Assembly: GCA_029258885.1 (NCBI GenBank)
Contig: JAPDJW010000019.1
Coordinates: 12,056-76,055 of the forward strand
DNA length: 64,000 bases
DNA from: Thermoproteota archaeon
Lineage (GTDB): Archaea; Thermoproteota; Thermoprotei; Thermofilales; B9-G17
Direction of reading: 5' to 3'
Every line of letters begins with the position of its first letter. Position 1 is the stretch's first letter. Below, one piece after another: positions 57,237 to 64,000 of this stretch. The position numbers and the translations under genes were made by a program. Under the pieces are notes generated by a model that saw nothing but the letters and a program-made list of their open reading frames with translations, ran no database searches and was not told the origin of the DNA.

Positions 57237-57440
57237 CCTGTAGAGTACTTTCTTTTTCTCTTTAATTATCTCTATTTTACCCTCCCTTCCAAGCCAGCCC
57301 AGAGCGCCGTAGACCTCCGTAACCTTTAATCCAGTCTCCTTAGCTATCTCCCTAGCAGTTAATGCTCCCTTCTCCTTAAGGACGTGCCACACCTTGCCAG
57401 CATTTACCCCAAATACTTCCTCAGGCTTCATGTTAATCAC
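57225..57440 (-). CDS. Small winged-helix protein (DUF2582 type)
   Basis: GVNAGKVWHVL...ALGWLGREGKI. Confidence 0.85.
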   Translation of the reverse strand: MINMKPEEVFGVNAGKVWHVLKEKGALTAREIAKETGLKVTEVYGALGWLGREGKIEIIKEKKKVLYRLTE

Positions 57441-57580
57441 TGAAATTGAGAATACATGCGAGCTATTTAAACTTTAATCGAGTCTAAATCTAGGCCTCCT
57501 GAATTTCGATAAAGTCTAGCTGATTGCTGGAGTTAAGCTTCACTATTAAATACCGCCTTACTAAAATATAGAGGGATAAT

Positions 57581-58570
57581 ATGAGCTTTAGGGAGACGCT
57601 GGATAAGGCCATAAGTTTGCTTCGTAGGAAGAAGGTCCCTTATGCTAGGGATCCTCTGCTTATAGAGTATTTTAGGAGAAGCTTCGATAATTCTCCGCCT
57701 ATAAGGCCTTACCACCTAGATTATCCTAATGATGACGTTTTAAGGCTTATAGTCGATAGAGGATGTGAACTTTATCTTGAGGCTAAATATGATGGAACCC
57801 ATATTCAGTTCTCTAAGTATGGGATCTTTAAACACGACGGTAAGCCCATAAGCAACGACCAATTAGCTGGCTTAATGCACATATGCCTAGATAACTCCTC
57901 TTTAGTTAGCAGAATATTTAGGGCTGTTGAGAAGGGATATGTTATAGAAGTTGAGCTCTTCGGGAAATATTATACGCCGATGGGATTTCACCTCACCTAT
58001 GATAGGCTTTACGACCTAACGGTTTTTGAAGTGGGATTGAATGGTAAGTGGATTCCTCCTCCAGAGAAGTATATTCTCCTTGAGGAACTTAAGCTACCGT
58101 ATCCTAGCTACTGTGTAATTAAGTCTAGTGACGTGGAGGAATTAAGGAGGAAGCTTTCCGAGTTTGCGGGTAGGGAGGATTATTTTGAGGGGGCTGTAGC
58201 TAAAACGAAGCTGGTGGATACCTCCGGATACAGGGTTAGGCAGTTTGTTAAGGACGGCTTAATAGCCTTTAAGGTTAAGGTGAAGGAACCTAGGATTAAG
58301 TTTAGGAAAACTAGGGTTAAGAGGAGAACTAGGAGAGAAGTACGTATAGGCGGTGCTTTAGCTAGGGAGATAGATGATGAATTGCTAAAGCTTTACTCTG
58401 AAAGTAGGAGTCTCTTCTCCTCTCCGAGGAATATTCCTAGGATAATTGAGTGCATCTTAGAGTATTTGAGGAAAGCCCATCCACACCTACTAGAGGGAGT
58501 AGAGGAAAAGGATTTGAAGAGGTATATAGCTGGAAAAACCCTGGAGATCATTAGGGGAAAGTTTGGGTAG
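57581..58570 (+). CDS. ATP-dependent RNA-ligase-like nucleotidyltransferase
   Basis: Motif I EAKYDGTH, III EVELFG, IIIa FEV, IV EGAVAK, V FKVK. Confidence 0.75.
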   Translation: MSFRETLDKAISLLRRKKVPYARDPLLIEYFRRSFDNSPPIRPYHLDYPNDDVLRLIVDRGCELYLEAKYDGTHIQFSKYGIFKHDGKPISNDQLAGLMHICLDNSSLVSRIFRAVEKGYVIEVELFGKYYTPMGFHLTYDRLYDLTVFEVGLNGKWIPPPEKYILLEELKLPYPSYCVIKSSDVEELRRKLSEFAGREDYFEGAVAKTKLVDTSGYRVRQFVKDGLIAFKVKVKEPRIKFRKTRVKRRTRREVRIGGALAREIDDELLKLYSESRSLFSSPRNIPRIIECILEYLRKAHPHLLEGVEEKDLKRYIAGKTLEIIRGKFG

Positions 58571-58609
58571 TATGGTAAACGTTAAATTTTCGTAGTTTAT
58601 TTAATAGGC

Positions 58610-59383
58610 GTGCCTGAAACCGTAGTAGTCCTTGATATAGATGGCGTTATACTTCGTAGGAATCCCGTATCATATGTTATTAGGAGTATTTTAGCTGAGG
58701 TTGCCTTCAGTAGGGGGCTGTGTTTCGACTACCTTTATTACCTTTTCTCTGAGGAATTTAAGGCTAGGGTTAGGTGCGGCAGATTTATCGAGGCATTTAA
58801 CTTCCAGCTTCTGCTCGAAAATTTGCTAGGCAGACTTGGGGTCAGGGATATTCCCTTAATCGAGAATCTAATAAATGAGTGTCTTAAGCCGCCCTTCCTA
58901 GAGGTTTATAAGGATGCTATCAAGTTTCTTAAGGAGGCGGATTGCGTAAAGCTTGCATTAACGAACGGGCTATCGAAGTTCCAGATTCCTATACTTGAAG
59001 CCTCTGATGTAGCAAGATATTTTGCCGATATCTTAACTCCCGACATTATCGGATTTGCTAAGCCCGATGAGAGAGTATATAAATATTTAATTGGAAAGTT
59101 TCATAACGATAATATCGTGGTTGTTGGAGATAGACTTTTCTTCGATATATCTGTAGCGCATAAGTTGGGACTTACATCAATTCTAGTAGCTCGAAGAATG
59201 CCTGAATATTTAAATAAAATACCATGGTCAGCTAGGGGAGAAAGCAGAGATATGAAGGTTTTCCTTAATAAGATTTATAGGACTGAGGCTTCACGCTATG
59301 GGTACTTTGACTATATCGAGCCTAATTACGTAATTAAAACTCTATATGAACTGCCCGAAATTATCTGTAAGCTAACCGGGTGA
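58610..59383 (+). CDS. HAD-superfamily phosphatase
   Basis: LDIDGVI, LTNG, FAKPD, VVGDRLFFDI. Confidence 0.88.
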   Translation: MPETVVVLDIDGVILRRNPVSYVIRSILAEVAFSRGLCFDYLYYLFSEEFKARVRCGRFIEAFNFQLLLENLLGRLGVRDIPLIENLINECLKPPFLEVYKDAIKFLKEADCVKLALTNGLSKFQIPILEASDVARYFADILTPDIIGFAKPDERVYKYLIGKFHNDNIVVVGDRLFFDISVAHKLGLTSILVARRMPEYLNKIPWSARGESRDMKVFLNKIYRTEASRYGYFDYIEPNYVIKTLYELPEIICKLTG

Positions 59384-60679
59384 TATTCCTTCAGACCTCA
59401 ATATGCCTCTTGCCGCTATTATTCCCGTGGCTGCTGCACCAACTATACCTCTGCTCACTCCGGCTCCATCGCCCGCTACGAATAGGTTTTTTATAGCCGT
59501 CTGGAGGTGCTTGCTCGTCTCTATTCTCATGGCGTAGAACTTTATCTCCGGGGCATAGAGTAACGTGGTCTCGTTGAATACTCCTGGGACAACTCTATCC
59601 AGCCTTTCAAGCCCCTCAATTATATCCTGAATTATCCTATGAGGGTAGGCCATAGCTATATCGCCCGGCGTAACCCCCTTGAGAGTTGGAGTAATGTAGC
59701 TTCTCTTAATCCTATCCCAGGTAGAGCGCCTATGCCTTATTAGGTCGCCTAACCTCTGAATTATAGGCTTTCCTCCGCCCAATGTATTGGTTATCTGTGC
59801 TATACGTTTGCCGTAGAGCATGGTATTCTCCAACGGCTCGGTTAGTGAGACTCGTACTAGGAAGGCGAAGTTAGTGTTATTTGAGCTGGTTCTCCTGAAG
59901 GAGTGTCCGTTTACTCCGAATAGGCCTTCCTCGTAGAACTCCTTAATTACGTATCCTCTAGGGCTAACGCAGAATGTTCTGACGAAGTCGTCGTAGCTCG
60001 GAGTATATATGTGAAACTTCGGATCCCACGACTTATACTCAAAAACTATCTCATCGAAAATCTCGGCTGGAACCTCGACCCTAACTCCTATATCGATCGG
60101 ATTATACTTCGTTTTAACTCCAAGCTTCGTTACGGTGGATGTAAGCCATTCGGAGCCGCTTCTTCCGGGGGCAGCTAACACGTAGTCCGTTTTAATGCTT
60201 CCTCCATTAAACACGACCTTACTTATCCTTCCACCTTCAGCCACTAGATCTAACACCTTAACTCCAAACCTGAACTCTACGCCTCTCTTTTCAAGTCTCT
60301 CAACAAATTTACCTATTATAACTGGCAGCTCATCGGAGCCTATGTGGCTCTGCCTAATAGGTATAAACTTCACTCCAGCCTTAGCAGCCTTAAGTTTAAG
60401 CCTTTCAAGCTTATCCGACTCAAAGTTGGCCTTAGGCGCCCCAAGACTAACGAATAACTGTTCAATATACTCAAGGAGCTTCCACGCCTCGTCCTCATCC
60501 ATAAAATCAAGCAGATTACCGCCTATCTCAGGATGAAAATTCAACTTACCATCAGACTTTAAGCCTGATCCACCTGGTTTAGGCGAAGAATCTAGGACAA
60601 CCACTTTAAACTTTCCCGCAAGCTCGTTCGCAGCAAAGAGGCCGGCTGGCCCGCAGCCTATTATAACTACCTTCTTCAC
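59372..60679 (-). CDS. FAD-dependent oxidoreductase (COG2509-like)
   Basis: IIGCGPAGLFAA, SDGKL, HIGSD, APGRSG, IGVRVE, TLLYAPEIKFY, AGDGAGVSRG. Confidence 0.9.
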   Translation of the reverse strand: MKKVVIIGCGPAGLFAANELAGKFKVVVLDSSPKPGGSGLKSDGKLNFHPEIGGNLLDFMDEDEAWKLLEYIEQLFVSLGAPKANFESDKLERLKLKAAKAGVKFIPIRQSHIGSDELPVIIGKFVERLEKRGVEFRFGVKVLDLVAEGGRISKVVFNGGSIKTDYVLAAPGRSGSEWLTSTVTKLGVKTKYNPIDIGVRVEVPAEIFDEIVFEYKSWDPKFHIYTPSYDDFVRTFCVSPRGYVIKEFYEEGLFGVNGHSFRRTSSNNTNFAFLVRVSLTEPLENTMLYGKRIAQITNTLGGGKPIIQRLGDLIRHRRSTWDRIKRSYITPTLKGVTPGDIAMAYPHRIIQDIIEGLERLDRVVPGVFNETTLLYAPEIKFYAMRIETSKHLQTAIKNLFVAGDGAGVSRGIVGAAATGIIAARGILRSEGISPG

Positions 60680-60783
60680 CTAATCCCTTAAATACAAATA
60701 TCATGTAGCAATTATAAGGTTTTCCAACCAAATGGTGGCGTACATTAAGCACCTAAGGTACTTCAAAAGCTAAAAAGATTTAA

Positions 60784-60802
60784 GACATTGTCAGACAATG
60801 TC
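60784..60802. promoter_or_regulatory. Perfect 9-1-9 inverted repeat GACATTGTC-A-GACAATGTC, 5 bp before the second AlbA_2 pseudogene
   Basis: Read directly. TGTCAGA also repeats with a 10-bp period. Confidence 0.55.
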
Positions 60803-60807
60803 AGAAT

Positions 60808-61500
60808 ATGATTAACTTAGAGAAACTTATTGAGGAAGAAGAAGGGAAAAAGGCTTGAGTTTAAATCCTCACTCGCACAGATTAAGGATATTCTTAAGAC
60901 CATCTGTGCTTTCGCAAACACCTACGGCGGTATAGTGGTTATAGGCATTAAGGGAAATGGAGAGGTCGTGGGCGTAAACATTACCGATGAAACACTGCTT
61001 AGCTTGAGGAGAAGCATTGAAACAAGCATTGATCACAGCCCTTCGTTAGGCTTAGGGTTCAGAGCTACAATGATAAGCCTATCCTTATAATTGAGGTAGC
61101 TGAGGGAGTCAATAAACCATACTTCTATAGAGGAAAATGCTACGTTAGGGTTGGTTTATCGAATAAGCTCCTCTCAAGAGACGAAATAAAGAAGCCATAG
61201 TAAACGCCGTAGTACATAGAGATTACAGATCAACTTCACTAACCTACCTGAAAATACATCCAGGTCGAATAGAGGTCATGAATTCCTGAGGATTGCCCAA
61301 GCCCCTAACGGTAGACGACCTAAGGAGAGACCATCCATTAATACCCAGAAACCCCATATCACAAGAATATTATTCTACTACGGGTATTTGGAAGAATGGG
61401 GCATAGGAACATTAATGATGATAAAAAGATGCAGAGAAGAAGATTATGGTATGAGGTACGGAATACTTAAAATCTCCTTAGAAAAAGACTCAACATTATA
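60808..61500 (+). pseudogene. Heavily decayed second AlbA_2/RecG-C regulator
   Basis: MINLEKLIEEEEG, shift, RLEFKSS...CAFANTYGG.VVIG; later fragments IIEVAEGVNKPYFYRGKCYVRVG and GYLEEWGIGT in different frames with deletions. Confidence 0.75.
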
Positions 61501-61926
61501 AGATTTCCGCATGGTTATTTGTCGAAGAAAATACTAGATTTCGAACCTGCAGGAATTGTTATTATACCAATGGTCTTCTAATTCTTCGGTGCTTCTTAGC
61601 TTTGTGAATACTCAATCCTCTTTCCGAAATGAAAACTTCTTCCACATAGCATCACACTTTACTTTTCTTTTCAAACTTGTATACCAATCTTCCTCATTTT
61701 TATCTCAAATGTCTCTTGCATCATTTTTCCCATCAATATGATGTTCTCTACCATCCTAAGCTCCTCAGTTTTCACCTTCTGAAGAATATGAATATCACAC
61801 TGAAAGAGATAGCAATAGGGAAAGAACGGAGAGTTATTATTTTTTACTTTCAACTTTCCCTTTAGCTTAGTATCGAAAGATTTATTAGATTAAGGTTTAA
61901 TCAAAATTTAGGTGAAAACGTGAGAG

Positions 61927-63564
61927 GTGCGTTACAAACACAAGGTGATTTCTCCTTATTCTAACTTAAATAAATTCTTGAGTATGGTTAGACGAATACA
62001 GTTCAGAAAATTCTTAAATCATAAGATTTTGAAAATAATATCGGAGAAATGTAAGAATCTGTTGAAAATGATACTTGAAGATTTGAAGAGAGAAGGTATT
62101 GGGATAATCGTTAGAAAAAATCCTGGAAGAAGTCTCAAGTTCATCATCTTGGATGTGAATGGCAAAGAATACGAGATTGATGTCGAAAATTGGGAAGAGT
62201 GTGAAGTTCTCAAGAAATTCCCTCTCCTTAAAATCCTAGTAAGGAACGAAGTTGTTGGAAAACCACCCAAGGGCATAGAACCAGCTCACGTAAAGGTTAT
62301 GAGAAAATTGGAGTTAGCTGATTATGAACCAATGTCGGATGTAGGTCATCTTAGATTCTATCCCAACGGTACGTTGATACACGATCTTCTTCAAGATTTC
62401 GCTTTTTGGAAGATAGTTCATCCACTCAAGTGTATGAAAGTAGACACACCCGCTCTTTACAGAGCGAATTATCCAAGGGTTAAAGAATTGTGTGGGAAGT
62501 TCGATGCGAGAATATACAAACTTAAAGTGGATAACGTTGAATTTGTGCTAAGACCTGCAGCCGGAGACCTAGGAGTTTTTGAGATGTTGAGTAAAGCAAC
62601 GATAAGTTGGAAGAACCTTCCGTTCAGCGTTTACGATTATTCACACTGTTACAGATTGGAACAACGCGGCGAATGTACAGGCTTAAAGAGAAACAGATAC
62701 TTCTGGATGCCTGACATTCATAGCTTCTGTAAAGACTGGGAGGAAGGAAAGAAAATATTTGAGGAACTGAGTTATGCATATTCTCGCCTAATGGACGCCC
62801 TCAACATAGAATATGCATTCGCATGGAGAGTCGTCAAGGACTGGTATCCGAAACTTAAAGATTTAATACTTCGTATACTCAAAAACGTGAACAAACCTGC
62901 ACTTATCGAGCTCCTTCCCGGAAAGAAACATTATTGGGTCATGAAAAACGAGTGGCAGGCCATAGGAAGCGATGGTTTCAATGCACAGATTTCCACGGTG
63001 CAGCTGGATCTTGAAAATTCGGAAAGATTCGGAATTTACTATATAGATAAAGACGGAAAGAAGAAAGGATGCATAATAGTCCATAGTAGCATAGGAAGCA
63101 TAGAAAGACAGATGTATGCTATTTTAGAGACTGCTGTGAAGCGGGAGAAGGAAGGAAAATTACCAATGCTCCCCCTCTGGTTATCTCCAGAGCAAGTTAG
63201 AGTCATTCCAGTCTCAGAGAGACATCTGGAGAAATGTGTAGAGATATGTGAGATCTTAGAGAAGAACAAAGTAAGAGTTGGGTTAGATGATAGAAGTGAG
63301 ACCGTTTCTAAGAAAGTATTCGAAGCAAAGCGATCTTGGATTCCTTACATAGTCGTGATTGGAGATAAGGAATTGAAGAGCGGAAAGTTGAGTGTTGTGA
63401 AAAGAGAACTTTCTACTGTCAAAAAGGATTATAAAGAAGAGATGACTGTAGAGGAGCTAATTAGAGAGATAAGAGAAAAATGTGGTGATATGCCCTTCAG
63501 ACCAATGTATGTTCCTAGGGAAATGAGTAAAAGAATATCGTTCGTTCCATGGGGAGGAGATTAA
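61927..63564 (+). CDS. thrS: Threonyl-tRNA synthetase, archaeal type, catalytic plus anticodon-binding domains; N-terminal editing domain not recognisable
   Basis: EPAHVKVMRKLELADYEPMSDVGHLRFYPNG, YRLEQRGE..GLKR...MPDIH, HSSIGSIER, PLWLSPEQVRVIPV, DDRSETVSKK, PYIVVIGDKE. Confidence 0.9.
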   Translation: MRYKHKVISPYSNLNKFLSMVRRIQFRKFLNHKILKIISEKCKNLLKMILEDLKREGIGIIVRKNPGRSLKFIILDVNGKEYEIDVENWEECEVLKKFPLLKILVRNEVVGKPPKGIEPAHVKVMRKLELADYEPMSDVGHLRFYPNGTLIHDLLQDFAFWKIVHPLKCMKVDTPALYRANYPRVKELCGKFDARIYKLKVDNVEFVLRPAAGDLGVFEMLSKATISWKNLPFSVYDYSHCYRLEQRGECTGLKRNRYFWMPDIHSFCKDWEEGKKIFEELSYAYSRLMDALNIEYAFAWRVVKDWYPKLKDLILRILKNVNKPALIELLPGKKHYWVMKNEWQAIGSDGFNAQISTVQLDLENSERFGIYYIDKDGKKKGCIIVHSSIGSIERQMYAILETAVKREKEGKLPMLPLWLSPEQVRVIPVSERHLEKCVEICEILEKNKVRVGLDDRSETVSKKVFEAKRSWIPYIVVIGDKELKSGKLSVVKRELSTVKKDYKEEMTVEELIREIREKCGDMPFRPMYVPREMSKRISFVPWGGD

Positions 63565-63729
63565 TAGCTTACCAGCTAGAGTGCTTCCACAGGAAGTTGA
63601 ACATCAGAAACAGAACGTTGGCAGATGTGTATTGACTCTTGCTCTAAAATGCTATGTTCTGAGGTGCCTAAAGTTTGGGTCTGTAAGAAAAAGGATAAAT
63701 TGTGTGTTATCGATTCAAGAAAAACCTTC

Positions 63730-63974
63730 TTCCTAATGCGACTTTTTTCATTTATCGCTCTAATCTATGCTATATCTTTTAAACTGTTGAAAACGTCGAA
63801 CTGGCGGAGGTTAAGGTGAAGAGCGTTAAGAGGAAGTTTAAGCAGAAGGATTTCGCTAGGAGAGTTAGAAGAGATAAGATAATGCTATGTGAAAAGATAG
63901 GTTTAAGCTTAGATGAGTTTATAGAGATAAGCTTGAAGGCACTGCAGGAAATCAGCGATAAGCTTGGGCTGTAA
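63730..63974 (+). pseudogene. C-terminal remnant of an HDIG/HD-domain phosphohydrolase
   Basis: LAEVKVKSVKRKFKQKDFARRVRRDKIMLCEKIGLSLDEFIEISLKALQEISDKLGL*, with the upstream frame broken. Confidence 0.6.
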
Positions 63975-64000
63975 AATACCCCTAATTTGATATTTTTAGC

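Noticed and set aside
61536-61550. tRNA T-arm-like sequence (reverse strand GCAGGTTCGAAATCT) as a possible att site
   Set aside because: No acceptor, D or anticodon arms, no second copy in the window and no integrase. Too short to distinguish from chance.
61671-61865. ORFs 61671..61853 (-) and 61677..61865 (+)
   Set aside because: No motifs. They overlap each other in a decayed region and are probably not real genes.
3551-63269. Many short ORFs in the track that overlap longer genes (for example 3551..3793, 9369..9728, 11892..12320, 15003..15389, 21959..22516, 35420..36016, 50153..50512)
   Set aside because: They are antisense or alternative-frame shadows of well-supported genes, with biased composition and no motifs.
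1-64000. CRISPR array or cas genes, prompted by the CARF-like gene
   Set aside because: No repeat-spacer periodicity in any intergenic region I read, and no Cas motifs in the ORF track.

Overview
Archaeal chromosomal segment, probably from a (hyper)thermophilic TACK-type archaeon. This is inferred from the tetraether lipid synthase, di-myo-inositol-phosphate genes, archaeal-type ThrRS, DUF131/DUF126/DUF996 genes and GGAGGTG-type Shine-Dalgarno sites. Bases 1 to about 13.3 kb look like a defence island. It holds a DpdJ/DrmA-type SF2 helicase (5' part outside the window), a DUF1998-PLD fusion, an AAA+ ATPase, a PD-(D/E)XK nuclease, an EVE/PUA-like protein, an N6-adenine-type methyltransferase with an unusual DPPM motif, and a SCO5918/SBD-like reader fused to a nuclease, followed by decayed toxin-antitoxin genes. 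The rest mixes housekeeping and accessory genes: two archaeal ATPase-wHTH genes with tandem repeats at their starts, ion transporters, hydrolases and a degenerate sugar kinase, ino1, IPCT/DIPPS (with an in-phase slippery heptamer) followed by a GNAT/PIG-L pair, vapBC, tes, a CARF-wHTH regulator divergent from a stand-alone nurA-herA pair, nth/tatD, two decayed AlbA_2/RecG-C genes with palindromic upstream sites, a GH38 mannosidase, an RNA-ligase/HAD pair, and a ThrRS apparently lacking the editing domain. I found no CRISPR array, rRNA, intact tRNA or transposase. All family assignments come from motif recognition by eye, not from database searches.
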